DNA of 64,000 nt from Blepharisma stoltei ATCC 30299. Its lineage: Eukaryota > Protista > Ciliophora. Location: NCBI GenBank assembly GCA_965603825.1, contig CBFDEM010000058.1:124001-188000 (forward strand), read 5' to 3'. The position numbers were made by a program, and so were the translations under genes. Positions 50,518-60,661 of the stretch are shown one piece after another. Every line of letters begins with the position of its first letter. Within the stretch, counting starts at the first letter, position 1. The notes below the pieces were generated by a model. The model was not told the origin of the DNA and searched no databases. It saw nothing but the letters and a program-made list of their open reading frames with translations.

Positions 50518-50640
50518 ATTTTTAGAAAACTTGAAATAAACTGGATAAAGATAATAAAGCTATAGAAATTGGAATAATTTATCATTTATCTTGAAAATGA
50601 ATTTGTATAAGAAATTAAATTAAGTTAAAATTAATAAATA

Positions 50641-50988
50641 ATGAAATATTCATATAAGCCTTCACACTTGAATGAATCAAGAGGACACAATCATATGGTT
50701 TTGATGAATTTGTAATACTTACTCAGCCGAACATTATTTGCAATAATTTGTGGAATTGTATCAGGGATTCTAGGTCTCAATGGAGTGTCAGGCTTTCTTA
50801 TGTTTTTGGCGTATGGCTGCCTTGGTAGTTTTTTCTTTCTGATCAAGATAGGAAAAGGCTATCTGAGCTACTATCCTTCGTTTGGAACCATATTTAGAAC
50901 ATGGCTTAGCGGCTTTATGGAATACCTACTGAGCTGGATGTAAGAAGTATTTAGCGTTTTTTATAATATAATTTACGTCCTCTCTTAA
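50641..50988 (+). CDS. EMC6: ER membrane protein complex subunit 6, 105 aa, two 15-nt introns (absent from ORF track)
   Basis: Spliced product NFRTLFAIICGIVSGILGLNGVSGFLMF...SGFMEYLLSWIVFYNIIYV matches the EMC6 pattern. Confidence 0.88.
50712..50726 (+). other. 15-nt intron GTAATACTTACTCAG
   Basis: A at position 10; removal deletes an in-frame TAA in EMC6. Confidence 0.9.
50940..50954 (+). other. 15-nt intron GTAAGAAGTATTTAG
   Basis: A at position 10; removal deletes an in-frame TAA and restores the conserved EMC6 C-terminus. Confidence 0.9.
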
Positions 50989-51011
50989 TAACTAGCCATT
51001 ATTATAATTTA

Positions 51012-52190
51012 ATGTCAAGGTTAAGAATTCAATCGCTTGATTATGGACCATTTCTGGTGCCAAAGCCCAGTTTTGAATCAACAAACTCATCAGACAGCAC
51101 TTATCGAGAAATGAAGCTTGATGAGCTGTATTTGGCACTCGAAAAGAAAGGGATTCCTATCCCTAAGTTTGCTTTGTACTTCAATGGAAAACGTCTCAAA
51201 AGATCGAATTTCATAGAAGCTATAAATTCAACTGAAAACATCCAACTACTGAGCTCCAAAAATAAGGTTATGAGCATGAAGCTCCAAATCAAGATTGGAG
51301 TCGAAGATTTCTGTATGATTGTTAAGAATCCACAAAAACTTACAATATGGAGACTAATCATAAAAATTGCCAAACTCAGAGGTCTATGTACTGAAAACCT
51401 CCGTAAAATCAAATGTCTAAACAAGTTTGTTGCGCTAGATTACGACCAAACCCTCAACGCCAGCTCAAACAACTGCAATTTTGCATTAGAAATCAAAGAA
51501 GAATCAAAGCGCATTAAAAGGTCTTGGAAAGAAATTAAATTTCACAGCGAATCCCGTGAAAATCTTCTTTCCATATCGGTCAGTCCTACCAAAACAATAA
51601 GGAAACTTAAGCAATTGGTCTGTCTCAAGACCCTTAATGACCTACCTTATATAAAGCTAGTCAAAAATAATGTCCCGCTACAAGAATCCCAAACTATCGA
51701 AAGTGAAATCAATGACGGTGATATTATCGAAATAATAAAACATAGACCTGGAGGATTGGTCGGAGGCTTATGCTTTAATAGCCTCAATGAAATCGTCGAA
51801 AAAAGATTTGACGACGAAGCCCCAGACTGGAGAAGTGTAAAGCCAGGCCTTTCCTGGAGATGTGAATGTGAAAATGAAGAATGTAGAGCTTATAAAGAAT
51901 ATGTAGTAGTCAATATCGGTTTTGGCTCGTTCGATGTCGCAAAAGTTATATGAAACTTAAAATGCCCTGAATGCAAGCAGGGAATTGAAATTGGAAAAAT
52001 TTCTAATATAGGATTTCATAAAACAGACTGGAGAATTGATGGCAGGCTTCAAAGCGGCAAAGTGGTGGAAAGGTCCGGGGAAGCAGGAAGCGAACAATAT
52101 ATGACTTTTCAAGATGGGGTAACAGCGGAATGGGCCTATTTAACAATTGAAGCTGTGGACTGTCATGATCGAAAGATTGAGCCTTGCTAA
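51012..52190 (+). CDS. Ubiquitin-like domain protein with Cys-rich C-terminal domain, 392 aa
   Basis: Ubl segment ending HRPGG, then APDWRSVKPGLSWRCECENEEC...GFGSFD...W(TGA)NLKCPEC. Confidence 0.8.
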
Positions 52191-52233
52191 TAATTTGAGT
52201 ATTTTGTATAAGAATTATTCTGAAATTCATTAG

Positions 52234-52434
52234 TTATCTTGCTTCATATTGCATTCCTTCAGCAAGTCTTTTCTTGTAAAAGATTCTGTATCCGCATCCG
52301 ATGCATCTCAATTCGTCCTTGCTTTTGAATTCGTTTTCTTTTCCACACCACCCACAAATATAGCTGACAGGCTTTACGTTCATTACTGTGTAGGAGCTTG
52401 GCTCATTCTGTCGTGAGAGAAGGGACTCATCCAT
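52234..52434 (-). CDS. RPB12: RNA polymerase I/II/III shared subunit RPABC4
   Basis: YICGWCGKENEFK...LRCIGCGYRIFYKKR...QYEAR. Confidence 0.95.
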   Translation of the reverse strand: MDESLLSRQNEPSSYTVMNVKPVSYICGWCGKENEFKSKDELRCIGCGYRIFYKKRLAEGMQYEAR

Positions 52435-52480
52435 TTTATTTTTATTATAGTGTGTTTAAATTTGGGTGCTTTGCTAGAGA

Positions 52481-53467
52481 CTAGTGATCGATTCTCTCCC
52501 AGTTTAAATACTTCCTTTTGGGGTTGTGGGAATAATCGGTTTTAAGTCTGTCAATTAGTTTTCTCGTTAAATAAAAGCTAAAAGCGGTCCTCATCAGCTC
52601 GTTTGCATCTGTTTTTTCTCCTAAGGTCTTGTTCATTAGCATCATTTCTTCAAATTGGCTTTCACAGATTTCTTTTGAATGGATTTTCAACATCGCCAAT
52701 CCCGCTCTGAAAAAAATTTTCTGTCCTTCTAACAAAAAGCAATCTCAGACCCTCAATGAAATTTCAATTGAAAAATTCACATTAAATCCAGTCATAAACC
52801 AATGTGTCGCATACATTGAAGGCGAAACAGAAATATTTTTAAAATGTTTCCAAATTGCAGGGAGATTATGTCTCACAAGTCCGTTCATTACATAGAAAGA
52901 CTCATGAATCCCTGGCATGTTTCTGATAAAGAACTCCCTTAAATGGTATTCTCTCATAACTGTGGCAAAAAGCCAAAAACTTGATTCTTCTGATAAAAAT
53001 ATCAAAAATAGAGCAGCGATATAGCTCATTCCTTGAGTGTAACCAACTTCCTGGTCAAAAACTGAATAAGCTTTTAGGAGGCGATTAAGAGATTCCCTGC
53101 CTTCTTCTCCTTTGAATTTAATATGACTTGGGTATGTCCGTGATAAATCTAGTGCAATAGCATTTACTACAACTCTGCTACATTCGTTTTGCAATAAAGA
53201 CTGGTAATGGTCTGCTGGATATTTGCTTTTAAAGCTTTCAGAGCCTGATATTAAATACCATACATAGCCTCTAAAGCAGCTTGGAATTCCTTTTCGTATC
53301 CTGCTTTTTAGTTTTTTATGTTTTGATGTCGAATATCTCTGCCAGTTTCTGAGCATTTTGGCCCATTTTTCGATCCTAGCATTCTCTTGGTGTAGTTGCA
53401 GATGTGTAAGCTGTGGGAGAGAGTTGCAAAAAAAGCCGTATTTATTTAGAACACTATTATCGGTCAT
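52481..53467 (-). CDS. TBC-domain Rab GTPase-activating protein, 328 aa
   Basis: RIRKGIP..FRGYVW, IALDLSRTYP, VGYTQGM and LRVW(TGA)DCFLLEG. Confidence 0.95.
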
Positions 53468-54450
53468 ATAAATTCTAATAAGAAATAGATCTAAAATGCA
53501 GAGTTCAACTAATAAAAAATATTTAATTGGTTATAATTGCTAATTTTATATCAAAATAAATTTTGGAATATATAACTATATAAAGAGATAAAAAATTCCT
53601 TTTTTAAATGTTGCTTTGGAAAAATATAATTATTATTCGGCAATGCTACAAAAATTTGCGTCTTATCCTTTTGATTTTATTAGCATCTATCAGATTAGTT
53701 AGATTAATATTAATATTTTCAATAAAAAGAGATACTTAGAGACTAAGGAAGAACTTCCTTGGAGAATACTGGTGTGCTAGTAACTACTTAAATATTTATA
53801 ATTAGTAATTTGCAACTATTTCAAAAAATTCTGTGGTGGAAAGAAAAAAATGGGCATGAAAACTTGCTTTAAAGGTGTTTTATCAGTTTCTGAGAAGGCG
53901 ATAAGCTTAAAATTTTTTATAAATAGCATAGCAAGCCGTATTTTTTATTGATTATTTGTTTAAGCAAGTATTTAGGATTTTTTTTATTGTAATTTTAATG
54001 ATCAAATATATGCTTCATGGTCAATTTAACAGATTAGGAGATTTTTACCTGCTATTTCATGAAATATTTATCATGATAATCTAAATTTTTATTCAACCAT
54101 TTATGAGATTTTTTATGTGGCCTTTGTTTAAAGGACTTACCAAGGACATTTCGACTCTTTCCCTTTTGAAATATAGTAAAAGGTTTTGAAAACGAGCTCA
54201 GGCGAGAATAAGCAAGCAAAGCAAAATTAGAAAATTTATAATAAATTTTGGACTTATTCTAGAAAATTCCCTCAAAAAGCATATAAAACCCCTTTAAATT
54301 CCCATTAACTTATAATTCTGATAGGGCTTATACTTATTTATTACTCTTATTTAAACTAAAAATAAGTGAAAATTGTTGGCTTTCATTGTCCAATTTTCAC
54401 ATTGAAGTTTCATATTCGATAAATCGCATGCGATTATAATTATTAAGTCG

Positions 54451-54996
54451 ATGGTAAAGAATTGCAAGGCAATAAGCACTAAGAAGCTATTAGCGATAAA
54501 TTACGAACTCAGAACTAATTTCAGAGTTCAACAAGTTCTCAACAGGATTTCTAATTGGAATCCTTTTACTCAACAAGTGAGCAATGAAAACCTTTATTTA
54601 CTACTCAATAATCTCTCCAAAAAGTATCACCTAACATCTTTTGAGAGTTATTTATTAAGTTTAACTTTTTATTCTGTAGAAACAGAAGCCATCGATAATT
54701 TCACAGATTTCTTGGAGCTCGCTGTTTTCCTGATAAAATCAGTGATTTCTAACAAGTATATCCATTATCGAAGGCTAATAGAAGAAACTATGAAACCTTT
54801 TCACATTAAAATGCTTCAATGGATTGCCCTTCACACCAAAAATTCCGAAATTCATATCATGGATGCATGGCAGGAGCAAGACCAGTTTGGAGAATTGAGG
54901 ATCAATTATTCGTCTGTACTGAGATTTGAAATCGAATTGAATGGGTTTTTGTCCACATTGTTTAGCGAACTCCTAAACAAGTTAAACGATAATTAA
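54451..54996 (+). CDS. Hypothetical helical protein
   Basis: 181-aa ORF isolated in AT-rich flanks. Confidence 0.6.
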   Translation: MVKNCKAISTKKLLAINYELRTNFRVQQVLNRISNWNPFTQQVSNENLYLLLNNLSKKYHLTSFESYLLSLTFYSVETEAIDNFTDFLELAVFLIKSVISNKYIHYRRLIEETMKPFHIKMLQWIALHTKNSEIHIMDAWQEQDQFGELRINYSSVLRFEIELNGFLSTLFSELLNKLNDN

Positions 54997-55384
54997 AAAA
55001 ATTCTTTTATTATCAAGAATAATTAGAAAAAGTAAAAAAATTAAAAAAAAAACTCTCTTTAAATAATGATTTCAAACATTTTTACATTATGCACAACAGA
55101 ATTATTAAAAAAACTAAAATGAAATGTGGCGACATATTTATATTCGAATTTTATAAAAATGGTAAAAGTTGAATTTACAGGCCAAAAATCAGCTTATCTT
55201 TAAAAGCGGCTACACTGAAAATAAGATCAGTCTACATAATTTTTAAAGGCTCAGAAAGCATTAGCATCAAATAAAAAAAAAATTAAAAGATATTTGAAGA
55301 AAAAATTCAAAAAAACCCAAGCTATTTTGAAGAACCAAAAGCAAAAGAAAAGCTCAAAAATCTTTTAGACGAATAATTAAATAG

Positions 55385-56086
55385 TTAATTCAGTTTAACA
55401 GCTGGAATATGCTTTGATACAAAAGAAATTTTTGGTGTATAATCAGGCAAATACTCATTTAGCCTATATCATGGTTTTCTTTCAGGATAAGATTCAAATT
55501 TATGAGCCATATGGGATCTGCTAGAAATATTGAGAAGATCATGCCTTAGAAATTCTCTTGCATCCTCAACAATATTTTTGGTTCTAGGCTCTTTTCCAAA
55601 CGTATATCCTTTGACTTTCTTTTTATCTATATCAAAAGACTCACTTAAATTTGTAACATCACAGCTTTCTGGCCTTCTATCTCTCCATTTCTCTCCTCTT
55701 GATAACTTAGCTTTCCCAAATACCACTCTTGGAGAATGCTTCAATAAATACTCATATTGAGGTGTATATCTCCCAGGTGGCGGCGAATCTGTCACATTTA
55801 AACTTCTCATTTTGACTTTAAATGAAGAAGTCCCATCATTTTTTGATTTTTTGTGTTTTCTTGCTGCTTTATTATTTTCTTCAATCGCTCTTTGTATTTT
55901 TGTTTCAATAGGGGTTGGGACCCTTTCTTCTTCAATTTCACTAGTTTCTTCAGCATTTTCTTCGAGGATTGATTGATCACTATTGAGTACACGCTTCAGA
56001 AAATCATTTCTTTTTGAAATTAAATGCCCTGCCTTGGATATCATTGGCTTCATATATAAGCGATAATCGAATTTCTTGTTCTTCAT
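55385..56086 (-). CDS. Hypothetical protein with a PG-rich (SHIPPO/STPG-like) motif, possibly ciliary
   Basis: SPPPGRYTP motif; reads through TGA at 55469 to TAA at 55385. Confidence 0.65.
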
Positions 56087-56116
56087 ATTAATTCCTTTTT
56101 AATTAAGGTGATTAAA

Positions 56117-56566
56117 TTAATCTGTTTTTACTAAAGGCTTTTCTTCAGGAGTCGCAGCTGGCTGCTGTGCAGGTGCTTCTAATTTAAATGTAATTTTTTT
56201 AGCACATGTTAGACCAAGCAAGAGATATACAAAACCTACTACTAGCAGGATGATTGCAATAATTATATACCAAAATTCTTCAGTATCTAAGGCGAGAGAG
56301 CCTAAAAATACAAGAAAAACTCCTTTTCCTAAATAATATCGGAGGAAAGAGAAACTTGAGTAAAAAGATTCGAAGGGAAGCACTGATACACAAAGCAAAA
56401 ATCCGAATATTATGTAGTAAATTGTAAGAGCAAACATTTTGAGGTCATCGAAATCAAAATTGGTTATCTTGTGCACACCAAGGGCTATTAAGCCAATTCC
56501 ACATGCAAAAACTGAAAATTTGAGCATCCACTCAACTCGATCGTCTTGAATCTCTTGCTGTGACAT
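56117..56566 (-). CDS. COPI-associated Golgi membrane protein (TVP15-like)
   Basis: Four hydrophobic segments; YYIIFG...FSFLRYYLGKGVFLVFLG. Confidence 0.8.
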   Translation of the reverse strand: MSQQEIQDDRVEWMLKFSVFACGIGLIALGVHKITNFDFDDLKMFALTIYYIIFGFLLCVSVLPFESFYSSFSFLRYYLGKGVFLVFLGSLALDTEEFWYIIIAIILLVVGFVYLLLGLTCAKKITFKLEAPAQQPAATPEEKPLVKTD

Positions 56567-56994
56567 CTATAATTATTAAAAAACGAGTATATTTCAGGAA
56601 CAGAACTGTTTATAATAGAAATATTATTAATAGAAGTATTTTGACAGTTTTTTCATATAGGATAGATTTATTTATTAAATTTAAGCTATGCTGAAATATA
56701 AAATATTTAAAATTAACCAAGATATGAATTATCAATTTATTTAGCAATATATGAAGACAATTTTTAATATTTTTATCATTGGGCTAATATAATAAAAACA
56801 TATCAAAAAATTATTTGATGAAAACACTCAATAAAGGAGAGAGTATTATGATCATATTAAATAATAAGATCAATGAGCAACTAAATCAATAATAAATCTG
56901 ATACATATTTTAAGATTCCTTTCTCTTTTTAAACTCATAAAATGGCTAAAATTTAAATTACTATAAAAAATTGGCATTGCATTTTCTCAATAAA

Positions 56995-57798
56995 ATGGCC
57001 TTAATTGTTCTCCTAGCTCTTCTAGTTTCCCACTCTTTCTGCTTTGATTTTAGAGCGTCCCTATTTGAATACGATAACAGCACACTTGCCAAAAAATACG
57101 CAGAAGCCTTGGCTGATGCCCAAAATCTGACACAAGGCAAAATAGTAACAACCTTAACACCAATTCGAGTAGAAAACAAAAAACTGATTTTCGACGACGC
57201 TGGAAGAGTATTATTAGCCACTTTTTCATTGGAGCAAGACTACCCAGACACGAGTGGAAATATCACATTAACAAGCGATACTTGGTTTACTGCAGTCCCA
57301 GAGCTTCAAAATGCCTGCCAAACTTATGAAGGCAATAAAACTCTCAGAATTCTTCAAGCCCTTGGAATGCCTCCAAGCGACTCTGATAATGGTATAGCCG
57401 AAATCTTCGTAAATCTTCAAGATATTTTTAGACCTTGTCCTGATCCAGAGATTTCTGATATGGAATGCGAGCTAAATATCCCGATAATAGGAAAACAGAA
57501 ACCATCAGACCAGAAAATTCCATGGTATTGTCCTACTGAAAACGAAAAAATCAACGAAGTTTCAGCACAGTGGGTAAATGTAGTTATAGATCATTTAATT
57601 TGGATGTGCAATAACTGGAATGGCTCTTATTATCAAGAAGAACTGTATAATAACTACCCTTGGACTGGGCTTGGGTACACATATGACTGGGGAAACAGTA
57701 AAAGCCATGTGGGATTCAGCGAATTTGTGGTAAAAGCAGGGACACAAGTGTATTTCAGCAAGAAAGCATCCACAGATGACTATTGCACTAAAAGTTAA
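56995..57798 (+). CDS. Secreted uncharacterised protein resembling a bacterial conserved hypothetical family
   Basis: Signal peptide MALIVLLALLVSHSFC; LRILQALGMPP, DIFRPCPDPEISD and YPWTGLGYTYDWG...GFSEFVV. Confidence 0.85.
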   Translation: MALIVLLALLVSHSFCFDFRASLFEYDNSTLAKKYAEALADAQNLTQGKIVTTLTPIRVENKKLIFDDAGRVLLATFSLEQDYPDTSGNITLTSDTWFTAVPELQNACQTYEGNKTLRILQALGMPPSDSDNGIAEIFVNLQDIFRPCPDPEISDMECELNIPIIGKQKPSDQKIPWYCPTENEKINEVSAQWVNVVIDHLIWMCNNWNGSYYQEELYNNYPWTGLGYTYDWGNSKSHVGFSEFVVKAGTQVYFSKKASTDDYCTKS

Positions 57799-57884
57799 TT
57801 ATTTTAAAATTGCAAATAAATTAATTATTTTTCGGTAAATTTTTTGAAGGCTCTTCATATTTTCTTATATTTTAACACAAAATT

Positions 57885-58445
57885 TTAAACTGGCATTCTT
57901 CGGTATTTAATTTCCCCTTTTCTGTACCTAATTTTGATTTCTGCATATAGCCCAGAATCTTTAAGCATCTGCTCATAAAGCTTTTTATTTTCTGTAACTC
58001 CATCTTTTGTGCCTAGGAACTCACTTTCGACCTGTCCGTTAAATCTAAAGCAATTTACATAGAGATCGCTATTTCTTCTACTAAATGCTTGATCTTTTCT
58101 TACTTTAAATTCATAGGATTGGAATAGTTCTGAGTTTTCTCGTTTGTGATGAAAATCAAAAGACAGGTCTCTAACGCTTCTGTCATATTTAGATCTTGGA
58201 GGCCTTTCTGTGATTTTATTTGCAGGGTATAGGTATTGTAAAGCGTTTTTTAGAATTAATGGTAACTTTTTTCGGCGATTTCGGTATTTATCTGAAAGAT
58301 TTTTGCATAAGACTTCTCCTCGAGGGGATAAAGCAATTACTTCTTCTGTAGGAGCACATTCTTTTGGGGAAGGGTCTGTTGGGTTTCCGTAGGTCTTTTT
58401 TGAAACTTTATCAATTTTCCTGCACAGTGAAATGTGACGATCCAT
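57885..58445 (-). CDS. Basic hypothetical protein
   Basis: 186-aa ORF. Confidence 0.65.
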   Translation of the reverse strand: MDRHISLCRKIDKVSKKTYGNPTDPSPKECAPTEEVIALSPRGEVLCKNLSDKYRNRRKKLPLILKNALQYLYPANKITERPPRSKYDRSVRDLSFDFHHKRENSELFQSYEFKVRKDQAFSRRNSDLYVNCFRFNGQVESEFLGTKDGVTENKKLYEQMLKDSGLYAEIKIRYRKGEIKYRRMPV

Positions 58446-58722
58446 TTATATGCTTGATATCTTATGAATATACCGCATCATATTTTAATTAAAAATTATA
58501 TATTTATAAGATTGTGTTTTGCATGTTTTAAACGATTATTTAAAATTTTAATGAAGAAATTGGTTTTACTATATACAATTTAAAACGGCATTTGAATCAA
58601 TCGTAACTCTTAGATTCTATAGCCGGGTCTTGCTGGATTGGGAACTTGATTAAGATCTTCTCTTATTTGATTATAACTGATCAATCCCATAACGAAAAAT
58701 GAAGAAGGCTATTAATTATCAA

Positions 58723-60129
58723 TTAGGTGTGAATTTTTCTAAATTTATTAGAGAGCTGCGAGAATCTTGTCTTATAATCAAAAGACATGCGAGGATTTCC
58801 TATTAAATAAATATCTCGCAATGTCGAGTTTACATTAAGTAATTCAATGAGTCCATTTAAAGCTCGCACACCTAAGGGATTTCTTGACAAATGCAAAGAT
58901 TGCAAAGCTGTATTTTCTTGAAGCGCTTTGAAAATTTCGCATGAAGCAGCATCAGAAATATTGTTTTTGATAAGTTTCAGTGATTTTAAATAGGAGTTAT
59001 TCACTAAATAAGGAGCTATATCTATAGCTCGGTCTCCTATATCGCCTGCTCCTGAAAAATCAGCCACATTGCACGTATGAAATTTCAAGACATCCAAAGC
59101 TTGATTGAACACTTCTTCATTAAACTGCGCTTTCGGGCTTATAATTTCGTTCTCAGGTTCACATTTGAACGGGTTTATTTTTGATATTATTTCTTTGAGA
59201 TCATCAATTCTATTATATGGCTTGATACTGCAAGCATTATATAATAATTCTTCTGAAAATTCCACACTTATATCATTAATTGCATTGCTTAAATAATCTA
59301 CTTTCAAATCCTTTAGATTTTCAAGCTCAACTAAAACTTTTTCTCCAATTTCCAATAATCTGCTATCATCATTGCACATAATATCCAAATTTGCATAATT
59401 TTCATATGAAAAAAACTCATTCCTCCGATCCAGCTCTTTTTTAGTCCTATCCTTCCACGTCAACGCCTGTGAATAAATCTTCCTTGGGATTTCCCTTACT
59501 GAGTAAATTTGTTTTTCTATATAATCACAATTCGTCTGAAAAGTCTTAACAGTCGACCTTTCAATTTCACTTAACTTATTCTTCAAATTTTGAAACCCTT
59601 TCTTTATTTCTGTATCAATTTTCGCTTTTTTTTTCTGAAAATTCTCATAAATGGTATCAAGTCTTTGTTTTATATCTTTTTCAATTTTTAATATTAGGCT
59701 TTTTTCTATAGTTTGCAGCATATCGGATAAAGTTTCAGTTTTCATAGAAAATTCGTGTAGGAGCTCCTCAAATTGTTTTATTTCGTGCCCTTTGTGATCT
59801 CCAAAAAGGACACAGTTTGCACAGACTTTTTGTCGGTCATCAAGACAAATGTATTCTAACTGTCTTTTGTGGCTTTGGCATAAATTTTTTTCGGTTTTCG
59901 GCGGGGATTTGGAAAGAAGGCGGAGGAGAGCGTAATTTTTGGGAAGCTCGTCAAGGTGTCTGACTGTCAGAGCACCTCGGTCTTCAGGACAAATTAATTG
60001 ACCTCTTGAAAACATAAGACGTAGGCAGGCTGAACAAAATGTGTGACCACATTGAAGGATTAAAGGCTCTCTATCGGTTGAGTTGTAGCTTTCTTCGCAT
60101 ATATTGCAACAAAAATCTTCAAAATCCAT
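58723..60129 (-). CDS. RING, B-box, coiled-coil and LRR protein (TRIM-like E3 ligase)
   Basis: CNIC...CGHTFCSAC...CPED; CQSH...ICLDD...CANC...HKGH; RI-like LRRs LKSLKLIKNNI and LQSLHLSRNPL. Confidence 0.9.
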   Translation of the reverse strand: MDFEDFCCNICEESYNSTDREPLILQCGHTFCSACLRLMFSRGQLICPEDRGALTVRHLDELPKNYALLRLLSKSPPKTEKNLCQSHKRQLEYICLDDRQKVCANCVLFGDHKGHEIKQFEELLHEFSMKTETLSDMLQTIEKSLILKIEKDIKQRLDTIYENFQKKKAKIDTEIKKGFQNLKNKLSEIERSTVKTFQTNCDYIEKQIYSVREIPRKIYSQALTWKDRTKKELDRRNEFFSYENYANLDIMCNDDSRLLEIGEKVLVELENLKDLKVDYLSNAINDISVEFSEELLYNACSIKPYNRIDDLKEIISKINPFKCEPENEIISPKAQFNEEVFNQALDVLKFHTCNVADFSGAGDIGDRAIDIAPYLVNNSYLKSLKLIKNNISDAASCEIFKALQENTALQSLHLSRNPLGVRALNGLIELLNVNSTLRDIYLIGNPRMSFDYKTRFSQLSNKFRKIHT

Positions 60130-60661
60130 AAGTTTATTTAATTTGCAAATGCTATTATACTTTTAAAGATTTCTATTGTAAGAAATTCAATTTTTATGTA
60201 TCAATAAAGCTGAGGTATTGAGAAAATATTTATAATGAAATATGAAATTTGGGGTGCATATAAAAAAATGAGGATACTCTAAATTTTGTTTTAAAATAGA
60301 CTAATCACTGTAATAGCTTATGAATGATTCTTGCATTCTATAATTGATATCCGATGCTCACCACGCCATCCCAAATTAAGTTAATAATTGAATAGTATTT
60401 AATAATTCTCTTGCTAGTAGATTTCTGTGTAAACTTATTATCAGTCAGATGCCCGCGGTTGTTGTAATTGTTTAACTATCATTAATTTAATGGAATAAAA
60501 ACATGAGGATTCATATAAATTATTACAATATTTAAAGGAGCTTAATTTATCAGCTTTAAATAAACTTAAATTGCTTATTTTAATACTATAAAGCCTTTTA
60601 TTAATCTTAACCTCCTAAATTTCAATTTAATTTTTTTCTCATATTACTAAATTAACTATTA

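Noticed and set aside
58610-58690. 26-codon minus-strand ORF overlapping an imperfect hairpin (possible snoRNA or SECIS)
   Set aside because: No C/D, H/ACA or SECIS core motifs could be placed; cannot be supported without folding or expression data.
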